Positions 13,781-25,772 of a stretch of 64,000 nucleotides of DNA are shown here, piece after piece. Position 1 is the stretch's first letter, and the number at the start of each line of letters is the position of its first letter. Made by a program: the position numbers and the translations under genes. Source of the stretch: Blasia pusilla (Eukaryota). The notes beneath the pieces are model-generated. The model saw nothing but the letters and a program-made list of their open reading frames with translations, was not told where the DNA came from and searched no databases. Location: contig CM114271.1 of the NCBI GenBank assembly GCA_050084515.1, positions 27,404,001 to 27,468,000 on the forward strand. Direction: 5' to 3'.

Positions 13781-14589
13781 CTTCTCTGTTTAGGGGAGGG
13801 ATGCTTCAGAACTTGATTGGGGGGGTGGTGGTTAACATGTTCGTGGTCATTAAAATTTATTTTTTCAAATTTAAAATATTTTCATTAAAATTTTTATGTA
13901 TTAAATTTTTTTATGTTGAATCAAATTCAATTTAAATTCAACGCCTTGGAAAATTTTCACTCTTCCACAAACAAAAGTTTAAAGAGTATCTATTCTCTTC
14001 CGTTCAAATTCATTTTTTTATCAAATGTGAATTACCATGATTATTTTTAAAAACAATTCTTATGTTAATTTCAAATTTTAATTTTCTATATCATAGAGGA
14101 ATAATAACCTTTCATTCTTCCAAATAATTTCATTTTTGAATTAAATTTAAATGATTAACCACTCCCGTAAATAATCCCATCCTTCCATAAAAATTTAAGC
14201 AATATCTACTCCTTTTCCATTACAATTCAGTTTCCCTTCCAATCAAACATGAGTAAAGGGACAAAAATTTAGTTTTTTTGGTTAATTTTCTAATTATTTC
14301 GTCTTATTTTACACATAGGATCACCCATTATAATATAAATTACATTTATTATTTATTAATAAAATAAATTTCTCTTCCACTCAAATTCATTTTCTCTTCT
14401 CGACTAATGTGAAGTAAGGGACAAAATTCAACCAGGTTGCTATTTTATCTTACTATCCCACTATTTTCTCTTATTAGACATATAGGGTCGTCCATTGTAA
14501 CACAAATGTTGCTCCTTAAAGAAAAATTTAATTTCTCCCAAAGCAAACCTCAATCCTATAAAAAAATAATAATAACTAGAGAGCTACAT

Positions 14590-15335
14590 GGTGCCCTTTA
14601 GAACACTTACATGGAGCAACCCGCCCCGTACTCAATTCCAATCAAAAGTTGGGCAGTACTTCCACGCGCCCACTTTCTTGTTAGAAAAATCAGCAAAGAA
14701 AACAAGGTCGTGTGGAATCCGTCTTTCTTTGGGCAAAACTTACAAAGAATGATGGATATCTCACAATCAGAGAGGGAGTGGTACACTATGTGAATCCTAA
14801 TGATATCGATAAAGTTGGTGGTCGGAGACTGGGGGATCACCATGTTGGCATATTCATTACCAAGATGGCCAGCCATCTTACACAACACAAGGTTCTTGAA
14901 AGGAACTTAGTCGTATGGCCTACGACATCATGTGTTATAAAAGATGGACGAGACTTGTGGACATGCTACTTGGAGTGTTCAAACTTGTCCCAAGGGGTGA
15001 ATGGGGCCCTTGAAGCAATGACAGACAAGCAAAAGAGAGCTTACACGTACATCTATCGGTCTAAGAAAAATTCCCACCAAGCGTGACCAAAAGGAATAAA
15101 AAGTTTTTAGAGGAAGATATATCATTGATGACATCCAAAAATTGTTGTAGAGAATTAAATTGCCAATATACGTCGAGAGATGTTTTTCGCTTAACAAGAG
15201 AGAAGTATTGTAACAAATCCTTTCAAGCAAGAAGGGAATCACTCCACGCCATGGTCTATTCGTTTTACTTCAAAGACAAAGGAAGGATTATGCGATTGGA
15301 AGGTAGAACGGTGTGCCTCCAAGGTTGGCGATAGA
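14590..15335 (+). pseudogene. Degenerate ORF remnant, possibly the Cys-rich N-terminal region of a DNA-transposon protein
   Basis: Frameshifted ORFs ending KNCCRELNCQ...R..Y...LEGRTVCLQGWR, cut off by an inverted Gypsy integrase fragment. The family assignment is a guess from Cys spacing. Confidence 0.3.
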
Positions 15336-15344
15336 TCCACAATC

Positions 15345-15720
15345 TTGGAAAAATGAGCACAACCCTCTCCGCTAGTCTATCCACCCCAAAATGATCTCGT
15401 GAAGTGGTGTAGTGGTCGATGAGTGTCTGATCACACAAAAACTCCCCATGAAACTCGGTATCCTTGTCTATCAACACCTCAACTAGTATGCCATAATGAC
15501 TCAGCAATCGATCTAAGAAGGCATACGCTACTCCCTCACTCGCTTTATCAGGAAATGCAACCAACTCTATCCACTTGAAAAAGTGCTCTACCATCACCAA
15601 CACATAATGATCATGGCGCTCTATAAAAGGTAAGGGTCTTGCAAAATCCAAACTCCATCTATAACCTAAACCCATGATCGGAAATGGATAAAACTATGGA
15701 GTTAGAGCATTGAATGATGT
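15345..15720 (-). mobile_element. Inverted Gypsy integrase fragment of the same family as 23958-24400
   Basis: MGLGYRWSLDF..P.....H.YVLVMVEHF.KWIELVAFPDKASEGVAYAFLDR is nearly identical to the integrase of the large element. Confidence 0.9.
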
Positions 15721-15944
15721 CGAGGATGACCTGCTCAAGCTATAGATAACCTGAGAGAGCAAGTTTTCCCTTTGTTTCAGCTCATTTGGAGCCATATATA
15801 TATACTTACTATTTCGAGTAAGTTTCCATATTTAATATAATTGACTTTTCACTTTGGTAAGTGGCCCTTGACCCACTACAACAAGTCAAGAGCTACGGAG
15901 GTGACTTGCAAGCATAGGTTACCGTGGAGAGAGTTTAGGAGAGG
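15721..15944 (+). mobile_element. Older family-A LTR fragment, interrupted by the 15945-26891 insertion; it resumes at 26892-26952
   Basis: Matches the family-A LTR sequence (CCTGAGAGAGCAAGTT...CATAGGTTACCG). It stops at GAGG and continues GAGGGAAGGG..ATATCTCCAAGAGAG after the insertion. Confidence 0.8.
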
Positions 15945-16825
15945 TGTCACGACTGTTAGGATAGATTGGTGGGATCTGGTAGAGCGTCTCCACGAGTAGT
16001 GGAGGACAAGCCCAGGAGGTGGAGGATGACCTGTTGAGGCCCCGGGAAATCTAAGAGAGCAGGAAACCTGAGAGAGCAAGTTTCCCCTTCGTTTGGGCTC
16101 ATTTGGAGCCATATGGAGAAACTTACTATTTCGGGTAAGTTTCCATATTGGGGATAGTTGACTTTACACTTTGGGAAGTGTCCCTTGACCCGTTACAGCA
16201 GGTCAAGAGCCAAGGAGGTGACCTGCGAGCATAGGTTACCGTTGAGAGGGCTTGGGAGAGGGAAGGGGGTACACCTCCAAGAGAGAGAGTTTGAGAGCTC
16301 ATTCTCTCGCTGTTTTTGCATGTTGAGGACCGTGTTCCCCGTTCAGCGGCTCATGGGAGTGCTCACCGCAGCAAGGGCTGCTTTGATTATTCTTTGCATT
16401 TGCCGATTTTTTGTGTGGAAGAGTGGCGCGCGGAAGCATTGCCCAATTTCTGATAGGGATTGATTATGGGGGCAGGTTGCCCCATGCCGATGCTCTCGGG
16501 TGCACCATGTAGCTCGCTGATTTGTATCTTTACACGTTTTACATTTTCTTTGCGAGAAATCAGCGCGGAAGCGCTGCCGAATTTTGTGTAGGAGAAAGAG
16601 ACATTGGGATTTACAACAGTCCCCTTCAATTTTTACTGGAATGTCCAATTCTAAATATTTTTTGACGTTATCATAGATCGTGAATCTGTGCACGCTGTGC
16701 AATAAATAGTGCACAATTTGGAGTTGGGAGCAAAAAGTTATGGTCAATCTTGCAAAACTGCCATTGCTAGGCAATTTTTAGGGTTAAATTGTTCAAACCC
16801 TAAACCAGCCGCCACGCCGTCATAG

Positions 16826-16925
16826 TCACCGTCAACGGTCAACTTTCACCATCAATAGTCAACTGTCACTGTCACCAGTCGGCCGTCACCATCAACGGTC
16901 AACCATCACCGTCAACGGTCCACCA
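16826..16925. repeat. Degenerate ~21-bp tandem repeat (CACCGTCAACGGTCAAC-like) in the Gypsy 5' leader
   Basis: About 5 imperfect copies read directly. Confidence 0.7.
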
Positions 16926-18183
16926 TCCGTTGTCCACCCTTTGGTTGCCATTGCCGCCATTATGGAGTGGAGGGTCTTCCACGACGTTCGTTGATTCTCT
17001 GACTTGCGTCGCCACCAAGTACTTTGTTTTGGTCGCCATTGTCATCGCAATTTCGTCATCAACCAGTGATGGCAGATGACCTCCGATTATGGTGTTTGAG
17101 TTTTGATTTCATGCTACTATGTTGTGATTGGTAGCCGCTCGACGACGATCGAGTATCGTGCCGTGACGCCCGTAGCCGCAACGCGCCGTGCCGCTCGTGG
17201 CCGCACCGCACCGTCTCGATCGTGGAACCGCTCCTTCACTAAGGAGCAGAGCGTGTGAATTGCTGATTGAGGAGGTTATGCCGTCGAGTGCCGCACCCGA
17301 TTCCCGAGTGCCTTGCTGTTTGTAGCCATTCCGTGCCGCTAGTGCCGCACCGGACTGCTCGACCTGCACTGTACATCGAAGAGGTTAAGCAACATCTGTA
17401 CGAGAGGAGTACGACTTGCTGATTGGAGGAGTTATGTTCACGACCGAGTTGGGGTTGAGATTTTCAGTTTCCGAGGAGCGACATCGACATTATTGTCAAG
17501 TTACCCATTCTGTTCTCCTACTCTACACGTGTGAGGGATTTCCGAATATTGGGAAGTTATTTGGGATATTGGGTTTCGTGTTGATGCTCGATGATATTGG
17601 AGCATCGATGATGTATGGGTTTAGGGGACATAGACCTGTGTGGGATGTCCGGAGTTGAGGGTAGGTTGTCGATGAGATGATAGCCTGGTCGATTTGCCGC
17701 ACCATGGCGCGTGTTGCCGCACGTTACACGTCTCGGGGAGGGAGAGTGTAGATCGAGTGCCGCATGTTTGGGATGAGTGATTGAGGGATTACTCGCGAGG
17801 TTGAGAGTGATCGAGTGAGAGGAGCACGAGGGTCATCATGGCGTCCGTTCGGGACTTTGAGAGGTGAGGTGGTGAACCCGAGAGTAGCTCTAGAGGTTTT
17901 TCACATAGTGGCGTGAGGTTCCGAGGGTCTCCATGTGAGGAACCACCTTGACCTCCTTGTGTGTCATCGTCAGACGAGAGGGAGGGTGTAGAGGAGTTTG
18001 TGAGCACATCGCCACACATTGTGAGTTGTCGAGATGGATGGTCGGGGTATAGGACCACGTAGGTTTTTAGGTGCAGTAGGCACAATTGAGTTGCACAATT
18101 TCATAGCATAGTTTAGGAGTTGGTGCGACTCCCAGCGGGCCACGAACTCTATAGAGTTCAACCCATTTACAACATGCAACGGT

Positions 18184-19080
18184 ATGTTTGAGCATTTAGA
18201 AGGGGCGCCAATGGATGATTACCATGAGTTCTCGAAGAGATATGCACGTGAGATCGAGGCGTGGAGGCTCTACTATGACCCACATTATGTGTCATGGACG
18301 GAGTCGTTCCCTGATGAGGAGGAGGAGTCAGGAGAGGCTACTTCCTCTTCCACTAGTGACATTTTAGGAGGGGTAGGAGGGGTCACTCGCACTGGAGCAA
18401 TTGCACCGTCTAGTCGGGTTTGTCCCAAGTTCAACCCTGTGGTTGAGTTCTTTGCTAAGTTGAGGGCGAGCTACCAAGGGGTACGGACGGAGAAGTTGCG
18501 GAGCATCCATGACTTCTAGAGGCGCCCAGGTGAGAGTTTGCGTGAGGCTTACACTCGCTTGCGCCGGTTGATCAACATCACTCAGAGGATGACAGAGGCT
18601 AAGGCTATCTAGGCATAGTACGCGATGTTGGACCGGACCCTGCGGACACGGGTGCGGGAGGGTGTGCTTCTTATGAACACCTCCCCTACATTGAGAGATG
18701 TTTTTAGGACCGCCGAGAACATTGAGCGCAACATGGCAGAGGAGAGCGTAGCCACCATGGGTTGTGGGCGAGAGTAGTCACGATTGGCTGCATTACCTGT
18801 GCAACAACGTGGACTCCGAGATAGGTCGATTGTGGCACCACGAGCTCAGGGAGGATAGTGGGAGGTCGTGCCACAGAGACTTGTGCCTTCTTATGCGGCT
18901 CAGCAGCAGCTGCCTACTACTTCTAGTTGGTCATGTGGTGGAGCCCATCATTAGCGCGATTGCACTTGTCAGGGTTATGGACGTGTGCCTCAGCATGGAG
19001 GAGGAGATGGTGCTGCACCAAGAGATTATCAATGTGATTATTGTCAGAGGTATGGTCATACATGCGCCAGGTGTTTCAGT
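18184..19080 (+). pseudogene. Gypsy gag remnant with two CCHC-type zinc knuckles
   Basis: FFAKLRASYQGVRTEKLRSIHDF*RRPGESLREAYTRLRRLI resembles a retrotransposon gag; knuckle-like CGGAHH*RDC and CDYCQRYGHTCARC. Multiple stops. Confidence 0.7.
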
Positions 19081-19959
19081 TTACATGATGAGTTACGTTC
19101 GGACTGAGGGCCAAAGAGGGCACTAGAGTGAGTAGCCGGTCCGGGTGGGCCTAGAGATCGTGCACCAGGTGGTCCCGTTGGGAGATGAGGAGCTCAAGTT
19201 GTCCCACAGGTTGATGGAGCTACCCGTGGAGGAGGTAGAGTACCACCACCTAGACGCGCCCAGGAAGACGTTGGACGTGAGGTTGGGATGGTTGCTTAGA
19301 TATAGCAGCTACAAGAGCAAATTGCAACTAAGGCATTGAGGTTACCCGATGCCGGATCCGTGGCATCGACATCATATGGAGCAAAGATATGGAGGATCCT
19401 GGTTGGATGTGCGGGGTTGTCCACATGGAGGCCGCCGCAATTATGACACGTGGAGCAGTAGCAGAGTTGGATCCACAGCGAGAGGAAGCCAGAAAATAGA
19501 CTAGGCTTCCTCAGTCTTTCACGTTGTCCGAAGCGATGAGGATCCCATCAATGGATCCTCATCAAAGTTTCTGGAGAGTTGGTGATGTTGTTGGTGTGCA
19601 GGCACGGAAGGCAATGGGAGATGCGAGTGCAATGAATCCTATTGTTGATGCTCAAGAGGGGCATGTGTCGAGCACGTTGTTGGGGGCGGCCACCGTTGTG
19701 TACCGCACTCCTTTATTTTCTGCTTCCGATGTTATAACGTTAGGGGGTACGCCCGCCGAGGCTTTTCGGCTGGCCGCTTCACTATATTAGCGCGGAGTTG
19801 GAGTTCCTACATCACGTTCAGAGGTGATTGTAGAGGAGGTGATCGACTTGCCTTTGGAGCGGATGCTCGGGCCGTCCACGTCAGATTCATGGCAGGCTAC
19901 GGCTGCTAGGATGGTGGAGATGCCCGCTAGACCTGCGATAGAGCGTGCCATGGCTTCTC

Positions 19960-20410
19960 CTAGTGTTGTGTTGTTGGATAACCGAGGAGAGGTCTTCTAG
20001 TTGGTGAGTCTCGGAGGTAGAGCTTTTAGTCCGCAACGCGTCTTGTTGGATTCAAGAGCGCAATCCCTGATGTTGGGGAAAGGGTCATTCAGAGGATTGG
20101 GCTTGACAAGAGCCGATGTGGAACGTTGTCCATTCCGGATACAGACATCCTTGGGTGGAGTGAGAACTACATAGTATATCACCCGACAGGAGGTCGAGGT
20201 GAGGATTTTCCTGGGACATCCTGCAGATGAGTCCGTGGTGCGAGCCAAGGCGATAGTGACTGATGCAGAGTCCTATGACGTCTTGGTTGGTAAAGCAGTG
20301 TTATACCCGATGGGATTTTCCCTGGTTTACTGGGAGGATTCAGCGTCCTACAGACCAGGATGGCAGTCAGGTGATGGGCGCCTTAGCTCATTACCCATTT
20401 GATTCATATG
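19960..20410 (+). pseudogene. Gypsy aspartic protease remnant
   Basis: VLLDSRAQ at 20040-20063 (decayed LDSGA active site) and downstream YDVLVG. Confidence 0.75.
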
Positions 20411-20744
20411 TGTAGTGATCGAGCGACGGCAAGGAGAGGTCGTGACCTTAGCAGGATTTAGCAGTGCCATCACTTGGCCTAGTGATTTGATCAAGGGACA
20501 TTTCCATGCAGAGGATACTCCTGTTCCTGACATTTCTATGGAGAGGAGTGTTATGGTAGCCGCATCATTCTGTGGAGGAGAGGTGCTGTTGTGGGGCTCG
20601 ACTAAGGAGCTTCGACGATTGGCACATGAGCACGTGCAAAACGCGTGGAGCAAGGCATTTGCACCGGAGCGTGACAGGTCTGAGGAACCCGAGATAGCAA
20701 GGAGTGCTACGATGACACCCTTGGATATCACACCCATTATGTGA

Positions 20745-21710
20745 TGTATCCGGGAGCAGGGTATTCGAGTGTTAGATCTCTTTGGAGGGATTAGCACCGG
20801 GTTAGCTGCTGTTTTGCAAGCAGGAGTGTGAGTGCAACAATACCTGTATGTGGAGAGTGATGATGTTGTGAGGCGCGTCTCACTACAACATGTGGCGCAA
20901 TTACGCCTATGTTTTCTTGACTTATTGTCTGCGTCTGCGGTACAAGGGTACCAGAGTTCCCTACCGAGGGATATTTCGTTGCTGGAGGCGCAGGACTTAG
21001 AGTGGGTAGGGACCATTGATTTGGTCATTGCGGGTTGGCCATATCAGGGCCAATCGAGTGTTGGACGAGGCAGCAGGTTGGCTGACACTTGGTCCAGGTT
21101 TTTTTGGGAGATGTTGAGGGTCTTACGGTAGTTGTAGGAGCACCACTCTCATTCTCCAGCCTACATTCTGGAGAATGTGCCGATCTTAGGAGACTCCAGA
21201 TCACGGGTGGTGACAAGTGCTCATCAGGTGCGTGCCTGGATTGGCATAGCAGTGTTCTTGGATGCGGCGAGTGCAGGTTCTAGAGCCCATTGCCCGCATA
21301 TATGGTGGACCAACTTGGTGCCCCATGCGGTGTTACGGAGGATGTATGCAAGAGTGGAGCGCCCCTCACATTTTTAGTGGATTCCATTCTGGATCCAGAT
21401 CATCGATCACAGGTAGTGAGGCCCAATGATCGACCACCGTTGACTGTGGTCAACAGGGTAGGTAGGCCACGGGCAGCCTTGCCCACGTTTGTGAGTTTTC
21501 CCGCTTCCTATGCATACCAGAAGGTCGGTCCTCGTTTGGTTTGGGATGACCAGGTTCAGCGGTTGGTGGAGCCCAACACCGACAAGAGAGAGCGAGCGAT
21601 GGGATTTCCACTGGACTAACAACAGTACCGTCAATGTCAGAGGCATCACAACGGCATGTCTTGGGTCAGCGATGGACATGAACTGCTTGACATGGATCCT
21701 CAACTTGGGA
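20745..21710 (+). pseudogene. C5 DNA cytosine methyltransferase domain inside the Gypsy pol (inactivated copy)
   Basis: Motifs in canonical order: I VLDLFGGISTG (20769), II YLYVE, IV DLVIAGWPYQGQS (PCQ changed to PYQ at 21042), VI YILENV (21171), VIII DAASAGSRAHCPHIWWTN, IX RERAMGF, X LGSAMD. No introns; several stops and frameshifts. Confidence 0.9.
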
Positions 21711-22049
21711 GTGGCTGAGCAACGCCGTATGAGATCGCGACAGATCACAGCAGTTGCATTGGTGAGCCCCATGCCTACCGAGACGGTGGAGGCAGTGGTT
21801 GGGGGCAAGACCCGAGGAGATCTACACACCAGGGGAGATCATGAGAGAGACCCTTGGACTTCTTGGGATGTTTTACAGGTATACCAAGAGATGATAGCCA
21901 TGGCATCGAGTGTGGTTCTGGGCACTGCACGTGGAGGAGATCAAAGTTTGCAGTTGCATGCAGGAGAGTGGCCGAGTGTTGTTGTTTGAGACGGGGTTGC
22001 ACCATAACAACCACCGATACCTACGCCAAAGAGTCCTACCGTAGTCACG

Positions 22050-23500
22050 ATGGAGACTTGGGAGCCAGATATGGGCCCTAAGTTGACAGGAGGAGAGTGG
22101 GGCCGGATACATCAATTCCTCAAGAGTTATAAGAGCTGCTTTGCGTTTAGCATGGAGGATTTGGGTATGGAGAAGGGACTGGGGATCCGCATTGAGTTGT
22201 GGAGTGATACGCCAATCTTCCGAAGACCCTACAGGTATAGTGATATGGAGAGGGACCTGATTCAGAGTAGGAGCGAGGACTTGGTTGGAGCAGGACTATT
22301 GGAGATGTCGCATGGGGAGTATGCATCTGCCACTGTCATGCCCGCCAAGAAGGATGTGCATGGCAACTGGACGGATAGGCAGATGTGTGGGGATTACCGA
22401 CCTATCAATCGGCAGACGAAGTTCGATAGGTATGCCATGCCCACCCCTGAGGAGATCTTTAAGGTGATTGGTCATGCAAAGATCTTTAGTTCATTGGATT
22501 TGCAAGCCGGATACCATGAGCTGCCTATCAGATTGGAGGACAGGAAGAAGACAAAATTTTGGGGCATCGATCCTCACGAGAAGGATTGTTTGTACCAGTG
22601 GCAATTCTTACCATTTGGGTTAAAGAACGCCCCGACTGAGTTTCAAAGGGTCATGGATAGGATCTTGGCTGGTGTGGATTTTGCTAGGAGTTATATTGAT
22701 GACATCGTAGTCTTTAGCGCCACAGTTGAAGAGCATGAGCAACATCTAGAGGAGGTGTTTCGACGATTGCAATTACAAGGGTTGAAGCTACATCCAGGAA
22801 AGTGCAAGTTCTTCTACGACTAGATTGAGTACTTGGGTCATACGATATACCCAAGGGGCCTTGGTATTCAGAAGACGAAGGTAGAGGCTATCTCAGGCAT
22901 TCCATGCCCTACAGATGTGAGTCGTGTTCGCGCATTCATGGGATTGGCGAACTTCTATCCGCGGTATGTCAAGGGATTTAGTTTGATTGCGAAGCCGCTA
23001 ACCTTGCTGACCAAGGTGGATCACGAGTGGCACTGGGGGGATGAGCACGAGCAAGCATTTCAGTTACTCAAGGACAGGTTGACATCCGTGCCCATCTCGA
23101 GGAGACCGATCAGGGGGCGTCCTTTCCAATTGCACATAGATTGGAGCATGTTGAGGCTTGGAGCGGTGCTCACCCAGCATGATGATGAGGGTAGAGAGTT
23201 CATGGTGGCTTACGCTAGCCGTTCAAACTACGTTGTAGAGGCAAAGTAAAGCTCGTATGAGGGTGAGTGCTTGGTTGTAGTGTGGGCCGTCGCGCATTTC
23301 AGGTGTTACTTATTCGGCAACCCCTTTACCATCATCACTGATCATCAACCACTGAAGTGGTTGATAGAGTCCGACAAGCTTACAGGGAAGCTTGCGAGAT
23401 GGGCTCTGTTGTTGTAGGAGTATGATTTTTAGGTGGTACATAGACTTGGAACGCTCAACCAGGATGCAGATGGGTTGAGTCGTAACCCATGCCCGAGTCA
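22050..23500 (+). pseudogene. Gypsy reverse transcriptase and RNase H
   Basis: MCGDYRPIN, SSLDLQAGYHEL, LPFGLKNAP, YIDD (~22692), KLHPGKCKF; RNase H LHIDWS..LGAVL, VAYASR, TIITDHQPLKWL, QDADGLSR. Confidence 0.95.
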
Positions 23501-23699
23501 GCGAGATGCGACTGGAGCTCGATGGCATGGAGAGAGTGATGAGGAGTCAGTGCCAGGATGGCACGCGTCACCCTATTTAGGCATGTTGGCTATGGAGAGC
23601 CAAAGTGTGGAGACTTCGATGGCGAGGTCTAGTGGAGTGTCCTTGGATCCTGAGGCCAGTGAGGAGACGACAGGTGGCTGAGATATTCATGATGATGGA

Positions 23700-24920
23700 G
23701 TAGTCTTGGAGTACCTTCGTATTGGTAGCGTTGCGAGCATTGTGGGTGCTAGAGAGCGGGATTGGATCCTACAGCGGGCCAGACGGTTCCGTTGGGAGGG
23801 GACACATGTTTTGAGGGTTTGGGAGGATGGTAGAGTACGCGTAGTGCCCCATCCTTTGCAGAGAGCACGACTAGTGCAGCATGCCCACGAGGAGTTGGGT
23901 CACTTTGGGATGAAGCGGACGTACAACTTGCTCCAGATTCAGTAATGGTGGCGAGGCATGTGGACTGACGTTCAACAGTTTGTTGCTAGGTGCATGGTGT
24001 GTGATCGGGTTCGAGCATCGTTCAATGCTCCGACTCCACAGTTGCATCCATTATTGATCATGGGCTTAGGGTATAGATGGAGTTTGGATTTTTTAGGACC
24101 TTTTCGTTTGACGGAGCGTCACAGTCGTTATGTGTTGGTGATGGTCGAGCACTTCTCGAAGTGGATCGAGTTGGTTGCATTTCCTGACAAAGCGAGTGAG
24201 GGAGTAGCTTATGCCTTCCTTGATAGAATGCTGAGTCATTGTGGTGCACCGGCTGAGATGTTGAAAAACCAGGGTATCAAGTTTCACGGTGAGTTCTAGG
24301 CCTTGTGTGATCAAGCGCTGATCGACCACCGCACGAATTCGCGAGATCATCCCGAGGAGTATGGATTAGCGGAGAGAGTTGTGCAGAAGGTGAAGAGGCG
24401 TTTACGCAAGTATGGCTTGCAGAGAGATCACCTAGGAGATTGGGACCTCCAATTTCCGTGGTTGGCGATGGGATACAGATTCAGCAGGCATGCATCCTTA
24501 GCGTCTTTTTCACCGTACTTGCTACTTTATGGCCGAGAACCAGATTTACCCTCGGCCATTCGCCAGATGCTGGTGAGATGCTGGACCTTGATGACCCAGA
24601 TATATGGATGCGACCATGTTCTCAGAGGGCTAAGTTGTTTCGGAGAGTGATGCCCATGGCGTTCAAGAACTTGGCAATTACGCAGCATCGGGATACATTG
24701 AGGTATGCGACTATTCGGGGTGGTGGTTATCGACCAACTATCCGGGGATTTCATCAGGGAGATTATGTCTACTTGCAATAGACAACACCAACGAGGTTGG
24801 ATGTGACTGCATGACGCACTATCTTGAGAGTGGATGACGTTTTTCCATCCGGTGTTCTCTTGCTAGAGGGACGCGATGGTATGGTATGGAAGGACCATGT
24901 GCATAATTGTGCGCCATGTC
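23700..24920 (+). pseudogene. Gypsy DDE integrase
   Basis: HHCC finger (HEELGHFG...CMVC), WSLDF.GP, GLAERVVQ..K..L, FSPYLLLYGREP; internal stops and frameshift. Confidence 0.93.
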
Positions 24921-24982
24921 ACCTTCCTAATATTGATGGTACAATAGATCCGAGCTCAACAGTAGTTCCTATAGGCTTGCGT

Positions 24983-25117
24983 TGTATGTTGTGTGGTTCT
25001 GCTTGTGGTGCGGCCACGATGCTAGTCTGTGATGGATGTTCGAGAGGTTGGCATATGGCATGTCTGACGCCACCTCTCACTAGGGTTCCTTGGGGACGAT
25101 GGATGTATCCCAGATGT
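24983..25117 (+). pseudogene. PHD finger at the integrase C-terminus
   Basis: CMLC...MLVCDGCSRGWHMACLTPPLTRVPWGRWMYPRC is a C4HC3 pattern with the 7th ligand changed to Tyr (TAT at 25106). Confidence 0.9.
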
Positions 25118-25772
25118 ACATAGAGGAGATACTAGGTAGGTTTTCGATTCCGACTTTTTCTGTGACATGGATGACAGGAAGGCGACTAACGCTGGGGCCA
25201 CATGAGCATCCGGCCTTTCTGCTCTTAGCGTCCTAGAGATGTATGTCGTGGTAGGTAGGGATAGATGGCTATGTGGAGTTTGAGGGACCTAACCACCAAC
25301 TAGGGGGGCGATTGGAGATATTTTGGTACTTCTCGCCTCTGTGTATGGATGCTATGAGTTAGCATGGGATCGTGTGTGTTTGTGTGTGTGTTCGATGACA
25401 ACGATGTATGTTGTGTAGCAATGTGTATGCGCACGACAGTTGTCACGACTGTTAGGATAGATCGACGAGATCTAGCAGAGCGTCTCCACGAGTAGTGGAG
25501 GACATGCCTAGGAGGTCTAGGATGACCTATTGAGGCCACGGAAAACCTGAGAGAGCAGGTTTCCCCTTCGTTTCGGCTCATTTGGAGCCATATAGAGAAA
25601 CTTACTATTTTGGGTAAGTTTCCATGTTGGGGATAGTTGACTTTCCACTTTGGGAAGTATCCCTTGACCCGCTACAATAGGTCAAGAGCCAAGGAGATGA
25701 ATTGCTAGCATAGGTTACCGTTGAAAGGGCTTGGGAAAGAGAAGGGGGTATACCTCCAAGAGAGAGAGCTTG

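Noticed and set aside
20745-21710. Host DNMT/DRM gene
   Set aside because: Intronless, collinear with protease and RT, inside the TSD-bounded element and decayed in the same way as the rest of pol.
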